IMG/VR virus record: IMGVR_UViG_3300042540_001822
Coordinates: 124,001-188,000 of that record
Reading direction: 5' to 3' (one strand)
DNA length: 64,000 nucleotides
Shown: one piece after another, positions 36,049 through 45,604 of the stretch
Numbering within the stretch: position 1 is the stretch's first letter
Layout: each line of letters starts with the position of its first letter
Notes under the pieces: generated by a model
What the model was told of the DNA's origin: nothing
Database searches by the model: none
What the model saw: only the letters and a program-made list of their open reading frames with translations
Made by a program: the position numbers and the translations under genes

Positions 36049-36252
36049 TTAGGAATTAGATTCCCAGCATACACTTGTTTCGGAGGCAATAATGAAAGAA
36101 TCCACAGTTTCTGGATCGGTATCTATCACGAACATCCCATAATATTCACCGTTTAAAATTTTCGATTCAATTATAAGAGATTCGTGCATATTAATTAGGG
36201 TGCAAACTTCCAAATGTGATTTTGCACTTTTTGTTTTAATTGTTGTTATCAT
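36049..36252 (-). CDS. Hypothetical protein
   Basis: ORF track. Confidence 0.6.
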   Translation of the reverse strand: MITTIKTKSAKSHLEVCTLINMHESLIIESKILNGEYYGMFVIDTDPETVDSFIIASETSVCWESNS

Positions 36253-36719
36253 GATTCATCAATCTTTAAAATTATATTGTTGACTCTTGGAGAATCTACT
36301 ATGAAAAATTTGCTTTTATCAACTTCTTCAATTATAAATTCTGTGGGATTTATACTTCCTCTCAACCAATATTTGGTTTTTCCAATTTTGAATTCGGTAT
36401 CCAAATGATCTGGGGTTAACTTTGAAAGTCTTATCCATTTGCTTTGATTTCTGATAAACTGGGTTCGATAGTATTCCAACAAAGAATCCGTTGGTTTTTT
36501 TATTTCTCTAAAAATTTGGGCCATTAATTTGTTTTTTCCTTGAGTTATACAACCAATTGGAAAAATAATTTCCCCGGTTGAATTTGAATTTTTACTTACG
36601 ATTGTTGTGGTGTTTGCATTTGTAATCTCAAACTTGTTAGATCGTCCATAATAGGACCAAGAATGAAAAATTCCTTTGACTCTTTTCCCATCTCGCAAAC
36701 TCCAGGTTGGCAGTACCAA
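36249..36719 (-). CDS. Hypothetical protein (true start probably MAQIFRE at 36524)
   Basis: Track start overlaps the upstream gene by >100 bp. Confidence 0.6.
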   Translation of the reverse strand: MVLPTWSLRDGKRVKGIFHSWSYYGRSNKFEITNANTTTIVSKNSNSTGEIIFPIGCITQGKNKLMAQIFREIKKPTDSLLEYYRTQFIRNQSKWIRLSKLTPDHLDTEFKIGKTKYWLRGSINPTEFIIEEVDKSKFFIVDSPRVNNIILKIDES

Positions 36720-37339
36720 TAAATGTTATAGTGAAAATGATTGTGATCCCCCGAAGACATTCTCTTCGATCCATTGACCTCGTTGGTCCAAGGATCCTCT
36801 CCATCGACCAGATGTTTTAAAAGATAATTTCTATCCCAAATGGTGGCATTGTGGGAGTGTAAATAATTTTCTCCATCCGAGTACTTTAGAATTTGTTTTT
36901 TGTTTATTTCAAATGGGGTTGGCTCCAATTTATAGGATTCATAGTAGTGCAATTTGGTGTGGATTTTGATTGAGTTTGCATTGTGTAACTCAACAAAAGA
37001 AACCAATTCTTCTAAAACTTCATCCCCGGGATATGAAAAAGGCCACATATCTTCTTGGATGTAAATTACCCACTTAGAAGGAATACGTTCTAATGCCAAT
37101 CTCATCCTGGTAGAAAAACCATTTTTGTCTGTCAACCCTGTTAAAATTGGTGTAATACCGGGATTCACGGTATATGGAAGATTACGACAAGACAAATTGA
37201 TGTCATGTACATTTTTTTCCTCTGAAGCCCAATAGACCGGTACCTTTTCAAAATTCCAATTGAAGTCAAGACCATAAAGCATACCAAACCAATATTGTTG
37301 GTATGAATCACAGGTGTGAACGAGCAAAGAAAGATCCAT
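36596..37339 (-). CDS. Glycosyltransferase-like protein (GT-A fold)
   Basis: LLVHTCDSY...WVIYIQEDMW; cluster context. Confidence 0.6.
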   Translation of the reverse strand: MDLSLLVHTCDSYQQYWFGMLYGLDFNWNFEKVPVYWASEEKNVHDINLSCRNLPYTVNPGITPILTGLTDKNGFSTRMRLALERIPSKWVIYIQEDMWPFSYPGDEVLEELVSFVELHNANSIKIHTKLHYYESYKLEPTPFEINKKQILKYSDGENYLHSHNATIWDRNYLLKHLVDGEDPWTNEVNGSKRMSSGDHNHFHYNIYWYCQPGVCEMGKESKEFFILGPIMDDLTSLRLQMQTPQQS

Positions 37340-37340
37340 T

Positions 37341-38336
37341 TTAAAAATTTTGGAAATAATTCGATTTTTGAAGCTTTTCTAGATAATCTGTAATTTTAGA
37401 ACACTCTGATTCTCTCTTTTCCCCGTGTAAAACTTTGATCGATCTTTTTTCTTCCGGAATTTTATAAAAGCATAAAGAAGGATCTGGATTTTCCTCGGTC
37501 ATCCACGATGAAAATCCAGGTTGACCCTGTTCATAAAAATGTACGGTTGTCTCTAAACCATCTCTTAAATTAATGTAACACAAAGGCAAACCCTCGTTCG
37601 TTTTTTTCCAGGACAAAACATTGTAAATGGTTTCCTCGTGATAGGCAGCATAATAATTCAAATCTAAATTGAGTTTTGGTAACATAAAACAAAGCTCACG
37701 CCACATTTTCACAAAAGATAAACAATCTGGTGTGGCTAATATCACGTTAGTTGTTCTGTAGGTACCCCTCGAATCTGGAAACATCTGTAGAAATTGCATT
37801 AAAGGCCATTCTAAAGTTTTTGTGTGATCTGCCATGGGCCAACATCCTTCAAATGGATTACCTCTTTCTTTTCCAGATTCAATCATAATCATGTACTGAT
37901 GTATGCCTTCTGAACAGAGAGGATAGTTCTTAACAAGCGGAATCCAATCGAACAACTCGTCAACAATAGGAGTTCCTAAACAATCTGAATCTAGATAGCA
38001 AACCTCTTCGACACCAGACTCCAAAGCTTTTTCGATGGCAACAGTTTTGGCACAAAGGATTTGATAAATTCTTGGGCTTTTTCTTTCGATATAAAAATTT
38101 CCATCTGATTGTGTTCCAAAATCTTCAGGTCTCAAAGAATCGATAGGTAAATCAATATGAATTAGATGAACTTCCGTAATATCTTCGAAAGGATTGACGT
38201 TTTCCCGACAATTTATTCCATAAATTAGAATAGGAATGTCGGAAAATTTACGAATAGATAAAGCCAGATTTCTAGCGACCTGAAAATAATTTTCAGTCAC
38301 ATGGGTAATGTATGCTCTTTTCATAAGAACTCCCAT
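37341..38336 (-). CDS. Glycosyltransferase-like protein (DxD; start probably MKRAY)
   Basis: ARNLALSI, K..AI..AL, CYLDSDC, EETIYNVL. Confidence 0.65.
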   Translation of the reverse strand: MGVLMKRAYITHVTENYFQVARNLALSIRKFSDIPILIYGINCRENVNPFEDITEVHLIHIDLPIDSLRPEDFGTQSDGNFYIERKSPRIYQILCAKTVAIEKALESGVEEVCYLDSDCLGTPIVDELFDWIPLVKNYPLCSEGIHQYMIMIESGKERGNPFEGCWPMADHTKTLEWPLMQFLQMFPDSRGTYRTTNVILATPDCLSFVKMWRELCFMLPKLNLDLNYYAAYHEETIYNVLSWKKTNEGLPLCYINLRDGLETTVHFYEQGQPGFSSWMTEENPDPSLCFYKIPEEKRSIKVLHGEKRESECSKITDYLEKLQKSNYFQNF

Positions 38337-38443
38337 CCTCCACCTGGAAATTTTTCTTCTTGGACTAAAACATTAAAATTTTTTAGTTGTTCATTAAAAT
38401 AACAAATGTAATTAATGTACAGGTCTTGTAGTTTCATGGGTTA

Positions 38444-39271
38444 TTAATTAATTGATTTTATTTGATCAATGTTTCTTTTAGTATATCCTTCTTCTGGGAC
38501 ATTTACCAAAATCTTATTGATAAAAACCGACCTAAGGCTATTGCTTACCATATACTCACGAACACGCTCCCATAAATCACAATCACTTGGTGATACATTT
38601 CCAGTTTCCTCGTAAACATCCCGAAATAAAAGGGGTATTTTCACAAAATTCATGCAAACTGTTTGTGTTAATAAACGTGTGCAATGAGGGTAAATTTCGT
38701 GATAATCCTTGTCGCTCGGCAAACTATATAAAGGAAATTCCTGTCCATTTGTGAAATATCCTTTGGCAAAAACAAAGTCAGCCCCCGTTATCTTGATGCA
38801 CCGATTAACTTCCTCTAAATAAGTTGGATAGTAAAAATCATCATGGTTCTGCAAACATATAAAACTATGACCATCTCTCTTTGCCAACTCAATACCAGTA
38901 TTTATTGCATTTGCTCCGCCCGAACTCCAAAGCTTATCTCCATCTTCATATTTATCCCTCTCCTTGGCGTGAGGTAAATTTACAGCTTTGATTCTATGGT
39001 CGTAACTCTTGGCGATCTGGCCGAATTGTTCTTGGTCTGAGTATTTGTCACCAATCATGTAAACTTCAAAATCTTGGTGAGATTGAGCATAAATACTATC
39101 CAAAAGCCTGCGAATGTAAAATTCGCTTAGGCCATCGGGGCGTTGGTAAGTCGGAAATACTATTGGGAATGTCATATCTTTATTTTTTAATAATCCGGAA
39201 TCTAATGTTTGTTTCACATTAATCTTGATTTTTTTTATAAAAACGTTTATTTTCTGGTTGATACCATTCAT
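38444..39271 (-). CDS. Glycosyltransferase family 2 (start probably MTFPIV)
   Basis: IVFPTYQR, LLDSIYAQSHQDFE, AINTG, QNHDDFY. Confidence 0.85.
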   Translation of the reverse strand: MNGINQKINVFIKKIKINVKQTLDSGLLKNKDMTFPIVFPTYQRPDGLSEFYIRRLLDSIYAQSHQDFEVYMIGDKYSDQEQFGQIAKSYDHRIKAVNLPHAKERDKYEDGDKLWSSGGANAINTGIELAKRDGHSFICLQNHDDFYYPTYLEEVNRCIKITGADFVFAKGYFTNGQEFPLYSLPSDKDYHEIYPHCTRLLTQTVCMNFVKIPLLFRDVYEETGNVSPSDCDLWERVREYMVSNSLRSVFINKILVNVPEEGYTKRNIDQIKSIN

Positions 39272-40004
39272 CTAATGAAGCTGGGACTCTTGAATGGTAA
39301 CCTAAAAATTGTTGCATTTCATAAGTAAACGAATTCATTCTTTCATATCCTAAAGCTCTAGGATAATCTAATAATTGTTTCATAAATGATTTACTTATAG
39401 TAAAAGGAATAGCTCTTCTATTATTCTGGGTTTTATTAGGAGCTGAAGAATGCCACACATTAGAATTGAATATTAATATATCTCCTCTTTTTCCTGTTGC
39501 TTGGTGGGCATTGTTAAAAAACTCTTCATCGGTTGGTTTTCTTTCTTCTAAATGGGAACCGGTAAGAAGATAAGTCCCGCCATTCTCAATAGTAAAATCA
39601 TCTATCATAATTAAACAATTAAGCATTATAGGAAATTCTCCAGAATAAAATCTTAGATCACGATGTACTATGGATGAAAAATTAGGTTGGTTAGGTAAAT
39701 TATTTAAAGCACTAAATGAATTTAAAATACATTTACTATGGAAAAAATTATCTTGTAATGATTGAATAAACCCATTTTTAAGTAAAGTTTGTAAAAATTC
39801 TATAAATACCGGACTACTTAATAAAACATGAAGGGCAACCCCCATTGAATTAATATCATTATTATTATATAATTGAATATTTCTATGTTCTAAAAATGCT
39901 TTATCTATTTCACTAGATAGTATATCTAACCATTTTTTAGTTATTTGATTACGAACAATTACATAACCTTTTTCTTTTAATTCTTGGGATTGCTGTATTA
40001 TCAT
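39219..40004 (-). CDS. Phytanoyl-CoA dioxygenase (PhyH)-like 2OG-Fe(II) oxygenase
   Basis: HRD, ENGGT..L.GSH, GDILIF...WHSS..N...RR. Confidence 0.85.
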   Translation of the reverse strand: MIIQQSQELKEKGYVIVRNQITKKWLDILSSEIDKAFLEHRNIQLYNNNDINSMGVALHVLLSSPVFIEFLQTLLKNGFIQSLQDNFFHSKCILNSFSALNNLPNQPNFSSIVHRDLRFYSGEFPIMLNCLIMIDDFTIENGGTYLLTGSHLEERKPTDEEFFNNAHQATGKRGDILIFNSNVWHSSAPNKTQNNRRAIPFTISKSFMKQLLDYPRALGYERMNSFTYEMQQFLGYHSRVPASLDEWYQPENKRFYKKNQD

Positions 40005-40666
40005 TTTAAAAATTTTTCTCCTTCAACTCTATTTTTAATTATTTTAGCAGGGTTGCCGTATGCTAGTACATTTGATGGGATAGATTTAGTAACTAAACTA
40101 CCTGAGCCTATTACTGTGTTTTCTCCTATTTCTAATCTATCCATTATAGTTACCCCTAATGTAATAGCCGAAAATTTTCCAATTTTAACATATCCCCCTG
40201 TTAAGGATCCCGCAGATATACTAGCAAAATCTTCTATTTCATTATCATGTTCTACTTGTGCCCCTGTAGCAAAAAAAGTAAAATTACCTATTTTAGCTTT
40301 AGGATTAAAAATACATCCAGCCATTGCTACAATCCCTATTCCTAATTCAGTAGTATTTCCTATAATAACTGAGGGGTGAATAGCATTCACAAATTTAAAA
40401 TTAGGTATTAATTCATGTATTTGATTATAAACATAATACCTACTCCAATTATCTCCTATAGAAATTACTCCCCCATATATGTCATTTTGATTAATAATTT
40501 CTTTCAAATTTTCTTGACGACCTAAAATAGAATAACCAAATCTTTTACTTCCTATCTCATGGATTGAGTCAACAATACCAATAATATTATATTTTTTTTC
40601 TTTTTCAATAATATCTATAGTATAATGAGCTTGGTTACCTCCTCCTATTAAAATTATATTTTTCAC
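40001..40666 (-). CDS. Sugar acetyltransferase, NeuD/PglD hexapeptide-repeat family
   Basis: IILIGGGNQA, ISIGDN..R, IHPS, hexapeptide repeats, GNPAK. Confidence 0.92.
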   Translation of the reverse strand: MKNIILIGGGNQAHYTIDIIEKEKKYNIIGIVDSIHEIGSKRFGYSILGRQENLKEIINQNDIYGGVISIGDNWSRYYVYNQIHELIPNFKFVNAIHPSVIIGNTTELGIGIVAMAGCIFNPKAKIGNFTFFATGAQVEHDNEIEDFASISAGSLTGGYVKIGKFSAITLGVTIMDRLEIGENTVIGSGSLVTKSIPSNVLAYGNPAKIIKNRVEGEKFLK

Positions 40667-41289
40667 TTTGTATAAATTTTAAATTTAGATAAGTTGGGGT
40701 ATGGAAGCTCCAAATCAGCGTTATGCTTTTTGCTACCATCGGTGTTGTAAAATTGATTCATTAACAACAAGCCCCTCGTTGCAAGTTCGGGCATCATATA
40801 GAAATTCCATCCGAGCATATCAAAATGATCATCGTGATAACTGCACTCTCTCCTACCGCTATACCTTGCTCTTTTAAACCACAAATAAGCCTGATGATCA
40901 TCGGTAAGTATTGCTCCTCCCTTGGATAACTTAAAATGCTTGTACGGACCTGTAAACGATATGCACATATGGGTATTGGGAAGATACATATCAGCCGTAA
41001 ACCTTAAAGCACTATCCCAAACCCGGCTCGGTTTGAGTTGGTATGCGCCCTTCAATGTCGTTCCTTCAACTTCTTCAAAATCCACCCTTGCCCCTGCGTG
41101 GATGATTTCGCAAGGCACGGATGGGTATGTTCGTTCCGGGATAGTAATTGTTGTGCCTCCAACTTTCTCGTACATCAATGCTAAAAACAGTCCATTGGAT
41201 TGGTTGTCTAAGCACACTGCATAAGGAGCGCCGGTGTAGTCCGCAAGGCGTTTTTCAAATTCGTTGGTAATGTCATAAACAGTTTTCAT
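40663..41289 (-). CDS. Short DegT/DnrJ/EryC1/StrS aminotransferase-like protein (208 aa)
   Basis: FEKRLADYTG, DSA, SFTGPYKHF..SKGGAILTDD, GWNFYM. Confidence 0.8.
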   Translation of the reverse strand: MKTVYDITNEFEKRLADYTGAPYAVCLDNQSNGLFLALMYEKVGGTTITIPERTYPSVPCEIIHAGARVDFEEVEGTTLKGAYQLKPSRVWDSALRFTADMYLPNTHMCISFTGPYKHFKLSKGGAILTDDHQAYLWFKRARYSGRRECSYHDDHFDMLGWNFYMMPELATRGLLLMNQFYNTDGSKKHNADLELPYPNLSKFKIYTK

Positions 41290-41324
41290 CCAGATAATTT
41301 TTTTTCTTCTTGGTGAATAAAATT

Positions 41325-41966
41325 TTAAATTTTGATTTTTTTTAAATAACCATTAGGGTTGAAAGTAACATTGTAACCATAAAAATCACACCATTTTCTA
41401 TCTATTTCGAATTGTGGATTTTGGGGCAAAAATTCTCCTATTGCTCTAAGAGGACCTCCGTCATAGTTTTTTTCGATGCCCATCCAATTCACAGTTCCAT
41501 CTTCAACGATCATATAGGAATCTTCGCTGATTAAATCTTTGAATTTATTCATCACAGACAAAACATCGTTATATTTGTGTGACCCGTCTTCAATCAACAT
41601 AATTTTTTCAAATGAGGATGCATAATCCAAGTTGTATTCTTGATAACCTCCCAAGAATCTCTGAATTCTTGGATGTCGATTAATCAAACCCCTCTTTTCT
41701 TCGGAATTTGATAAAAAAGTTTCATCCTGAATATCCACAGTATGAACCATACCTTTACCTATATTATTTAAAATATCACCCAAATACAGGCAGGATCCTC
41801 CATAATTAGTCCCTATCTCTATTATCAAATCGGGTTTTATTTCATTAATTATCATTTGATACATTACGTAATCAAATGGGGATTTTTCAGTTATGATTCC
41901 TCTATATAAAGTTTTTAGATGTCCATCCATGATACCATCTAAATTTAAGTTGTATGAATTGTTCAT
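41325..41966 (-). CDS. CmcI / rhamnosyl O-methyltransferase family
   Basis: EKSPFD, KPDLIIEIGT..GGS, EDGSH, YMIVED. Confidence 0.88.
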   Translation of the reverse strand: MNNSYNLNLDGIMDGHLKTLYRGIITEKSPFDYVMYQMIINEIKPDLIIEIGTNYGGSCLYLGDILNNIGKGMVHTVDIQDETFLSNSEEKRGLINRHPRIQRFLGGYQEYNLDYASSFEKIMLIEDGSHKYNDVLSVMNKFKDLISEDSYMIVEDGTVNWMGIEKNYDGGPLRAIGEFLPQNPQFEIDRKWCDFYGYNVTFNPNGYLKKIKI

Positions 41967-41975
41967 TTTTTTATT

Positions 41976-42380
41976 TTAAAGATCCACTCTCATAGTATTG
42001 CACTCCCTGAAAAATCCACATCTTTCATAGAAATTTATTCTCTCATCAAAACAGGATAGAATAACCTTATAACATCCAAGATATCTTGCTTTTTCCAATG
42101 CTTTTTGAACTAATAAATAACCAATTTTATTACCTCTAAATTTTTCTTTTACTGCTACATCCTCAATATACCCAGCTATTCCCCCGTTCCTTATTAATTT
42201 TTTTTGAATATGAAGGGTAATTGTTCCTATAATTTCTTCCCCTTCAACCGCTACAAAGTTATGATTGTTAAGCATCCACTGGTCTAAATTGTGAATTTCA
42301 ATTTCTGTAATCCACCATGTTTCACTAAGGACTTTCAATAAACCTAGTTCATCTCCTTTTTGAAATTCTCGAATAATCAT
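41976..42380 (-). CDS. GNAT acetyltransferase, glucosamine-6-P N-acetyltransferase-like
   Basis: GYIEDVAV...RGNKIG..LV...GCYKVILSC...FYERCGF. Confidence 0.88.
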   Translation of the reverse strand: MIIREFQKGDELGLLKVLSETWWITEIEIHNLDQWMLNNHNFVAVEGEEIIGTITLHIQKKLIRNGGIAGYIEDVAVKEKFRGNKIGYLLVQKALEKARYLGCYKVILSCFDERINFYERCGFFRECNTMRVDL

Positions 42381-42385
42381 GATAT

Positions 42386-43546
42386 TTATTTTTGAGATTC
42401 TAAAACTCGATCAATTACAAATTCAATTTCTTCGTCTCTTAAATAAAGATGCAAAGGAAGACTGATGATTTTTTCGCTTGAAATTAAAGAATTGGGGTTT
42501 AGCCCAAATTGAGATTTATACATCTCATAATTAGTATTGTCTCTATAATGAACCCCGGGATAGATTCCGTTCATATTCAAGTATTCCATAGTTTTATTTC
42601 TTTCCTCTACAATTATTTGGTACAAATGTCTGGAAGAGATTTCCGTATAAGGAGAAACTTTAACTGATTTAATGCCAGATGATTCAAAAGCAGTTTCATA
42701 AATTTTGCAGATCTCCCTCCTTCTTTCATTATCTTCTTCCAAATATTTGAGACCTACCAAAGCCATAGAAGCCATCATAGAATTTCCATGGTATTTAAAT
42801 CCGACATCTACCAGATCATATTCCCATTTATAACTCCCTTTATCATGGGATCTCTGGTAAGTGTCTTTTGAAATTCCAAGCCAAGATAATTTTCTAGCTA
42901 AAGCGTCGTAATCCTCGTTTTTAAAACAGATCATTCCTGAATCAGCGGTAGGGAGGTTTTTAACAGCCTGAAAACTAAAAATGGAAACATCAGCATCTAA
43001 ACCAACATGGTCTTTCGAGTATCCAACCCCAATCTCTGTTTTGTTTTTGACCCAGGTTCCGGCCATATGTGCGGCGTCTAAAATAATTTTTAGGCCTTTT
43101 TTTTTGCAAAGTTTTACTATTTCATCAAACCTACCGGCATTACCACCAATACCAACAAATAAAACAGCTTTGGTTTTTTTAGTAATTTTTGATTCAACTG
43201 ACTTAGGATCTAAGCAAAGAAATTCATCCACGTCCGCAAAAATTGGTTTCAACCTTTCGTACAAAATCGCATGATTCGAAGAAACGAAAGTTAGAGGAGA
43301 CGTGATAACCTCATCTCCATCTTTCCATTTATTTGCATCTTTCAAAATTTTCAAGGCAAGATGTAAACCTGATGTGTTAGAATTTATAAAATGCGAATGG
43401 TTGAATCCAGTGTACTTTTTCCATTCTTCTTCAATCTGCTGAGTTTTAAAACCTAAACCAGTCCAGCCCATTTCCATACATTCCTCCATTATTTCGAAAA
43501 TTTCGGAAGTTCTAAATTTAGGTTTAAATAATTGAATATTTTTCAC
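42386..43546 (-). CDS. DegT/DnrJ/EryC1/StrS PLP-dependent sugar aminotransferase
   Basis: NSNTSGLHLAL, DAAH, FSFQAVKNL...DSGM. Confidence 0.95.
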   Translation of the reverse strand: MKNIQLFKPKFRTSEIFEIMEECMEMGWTGLGFKTQQIEEEWKKYTGFNHSHFINSNTSGLHLALKILKDANKWKDGDEVITSPLTFVSSNHAILYERLKPIFADVDEFLCLDPKSVESKITKKTKAVLFVGIGGNAGRFDEIVKLCKKKGLKIILDAAHMAGTWVKNKTEIGVGYSKDHVGLDADVSIFSFQAVKNLPTADSGMICFKNEDYDALARKLSWLGISKDTYQRSHDKGSYKWEYDLVDVGFKYHGNSMMASMALVGLKYLEEDNERRREICKIYETAFESSGIKSVKVSPYTEISSRHLYQIIVEERNKTMEYLNMNGIYPGVHYRDNTNYEMYKSQFGLNPNSLISSEKIISLPLHLYLRDEEIEFVIDRVLESQK

Positions 43547-44649
43547 AACAAATAATAATTTTTTACTAGAGCATACTTAGACAAGTTTTCTCTTTTAATT
43601 TTTATAGAATCTGTGAATTGACATGTTTCATCTCCTATATTCTGTAATTTTTTTGTAAAAACTACAGAATCCCCATCTACAAACAAATCATTCAATTTTT
43701 CTTTGTACCAAGTTCCTTTTCTCAAAATAATTTCTCGTTTATAAAATAATTCGCCATTTTCATTTTCAATCTGAATTTCGAATTTTATTTCTTCCCCGAA
43801 AAAACCGTAGTCTACTTCCAAAAGCAATGAACATTCACTAAGATCTTCTTTCCAAAATATCGAAGAAGTTGTTTGGGAATGTAAAGAACTAGGTCCTGGT
43901 TGTATAACTGAACTTTTTAAGTTCCAATTCCCAATTCCAAAAAAATTATCTAATTCTTCATAATTGCAAATTAAATTGTCGTCTTGAACAAAAAGTTGTA
44001 AAATTACATCTTCACCAGAGCAATTAGGAAAATGTTTTTGATAAACTGAATTATCAGAAAAATCTATATTTGGAATTCTGTTTATTAAAATTTCATCAAC
44101 GCTGAATCCGAAAAAGAATCCAGAAAACCAACTGCTAAAATTTGGGCTATTTCTAATAAAGAAATTCCTTTTTTTTCCTAGGTCATTAAAAACCTGATTA
44201 AATTTTTCTAGGATATTATCTGGGCATTTAAAATCACCTACAAAATAAAAAGAAAAATCATAACCTTTAGAATGAACAAATTTTATAGAGTTAAAAAATT
44301 GGGACATAATAGCAACAGACCAACCAGTGATTACTACATAATCTCTAAACATCTCGTTTCCAATAGTCATAAATTTCATATAAATTGGATTCGATATACC
44401 TTGTAAATTGTAATTTAAAATGTCGGAATCAAGGAAATGGTAATTGTTTTTCTTTTCAAAAATAAAATAAGTCGAGTTTTCAATTATTTCTGGAGTACAC
44501 GGGTGATGGCTGGTAAGTAAAACATCTATGTTATTTAATTTGAATTTTTTTAAGTTCTCTAATAGAATTTTCTGTTCATCTTCTGTTTGAGGATAAGCAT
44601 CAATAATAACACAAAATTTTTTTTCTGTGTAATTTTTTTTGGAGTCCAT
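43543..44649 (-). CDS. Unknown protein, paralogous N-terminal domain with 50458..51390 (GT-like?)
   Basis: AYP...KIL.E.L...LLTSHHP...Y.IFEK.N. Confidence 0.65.
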   Translation of the reverse strand: MDSKKNYTEKKFCVIIDAYPQTEDEQKILLENLKKFKLNNIDVLLTSHHPCTPEIIENSTYFIFEKKNNYHFLDSDILNYNLQGISNPIYMKFMTIGNEMFRDYVVITGWSVAIMSQFFNSIKFVHSKGYDFSFYFVGDFKCPDNILEKFNQVFNDLGKKRNFFIRNSPNFSSWFSGFFFGFSVDEILINRIPNIDFSDNSVYQKHFPNCSGEDVILQLFVQDDNLICNYEELDNFFGIGNWNLKSSVIQPGPSSLHSQTTSSIFWKEDLSECSLLLEVDYGFFGEEIKFEIQIENENGELFYKREIILRKGTWYKEKLNDLFVDGDSVVFTKKLQNIGDETCQFTDSIKIKRENLSKYALVKNYYLL

Positions 44650-44683
44650 TCTTTAAAAAATATTTAATTTTTCTTCCAAATTA

Positions 44684-45598
44684 TCAATTTTTCCAAGCCC
44701 ATATCATGTTTCCAGTGTGGTGTGTTTGGAATCCATTTTCTGAAAAGATAAGCAACAATTGATCCGGAGGATGAATATGATATTCTAAAACTATCTTTGG
44801 TATAGACTTTAAAAATTCAGAGCTTAAGTAAGGCAAAATTTCCCATTCACATCCTTCACAGTCGATTTTCAAAAAATCTATTTTTACTCCAGATTCTCTA
44901 GCCCATTCTTCCAGAACAACTCCTTGGCAAGAAACACTTTCATCAGTATGATCAAACGAAAAAGAAACTGAATTCAAAACACTAAAGTCATGTATGTTTA
45001 ATCTTAAATCTTTTTTTTCAGACCACACGGCTGAATTGTTAACATGAATTGGTAAATCCCCAAAATTTGTTTGTATAAAGTTTGATAATTTGGGATCTGG
45101 TTCAAAAGAGTGAACTTTAGAAGCACCTTGTGTAATTGAAAAATAAGTGAATAAACCAATATTAGCCCCAATATCAACAACAACATCTCCAGGTTCTACT
45201 TTACAACGATCGTGGTTATATTCACCGTTAAGAAAAATCTCCCAAAGTACCAATCCGGTTGATAAGTCTTTTTTTGAAAGATTACTCCCTATATTTTTCA
45301 ACTTGTTTTTTTGGTCTAAATTTCTTACATCATGTTGAAAAACATCCGAGTAATCACAAACTTGAAGTAGGATTTCTTCAGTTTTAGAATCTTCCACTAC
45401 AAAAGTCATTAATTTTGTAATTCTACCGTCATAAGATGCCCAGTAGGAACATTTTGGAAGGACTTTCATTGTTTCCCCCCTGAAAATTAAACTAGTATAT
45501 GAATCAATGAACTTAATTACAATTTCTTTTTCTTCATCAAAATGACTTGTAAAATCTATTCCGTTTCTATCTGGTAAAATGTGATTCAATGAGATCAT
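44684..45598 (-). CDS. FkbM-family methyltransferase
   Basis: VVDIGANIG, FEP, IDFLKIDCEGCE, VLEYH. Confidence 0.92.
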   Translation of the reverse strand: MISLNHILPDRNGIDFTSHFDEEKEIVIKFIDSYTSLIFRGETMKVLPKCSYWASYDGRITKLMTFVVEDSKTEEILLQVCDYSDVFQHDVRNLDQKNKLKNIGSNLSKKDLSTGLVLWEIFLNGEYNHDRCKVEPGDVVVDIGANIGLFTYFSITQGASKVHSFEPDPKLSNFIQTNFGDLPIHVNNSAVWSEKKDLRLNIHDFSVLNSVSFSFDHTDESVSCQGVVLEEWARESGVKIDFLKIDCEGCEWEILPYLSSEFLKSIPKIVLEYHIHPPDQLLLIFSENGFQTHHTGNMIWAWKN

Positions 45599-45604
45599 AA
45601 TTTA

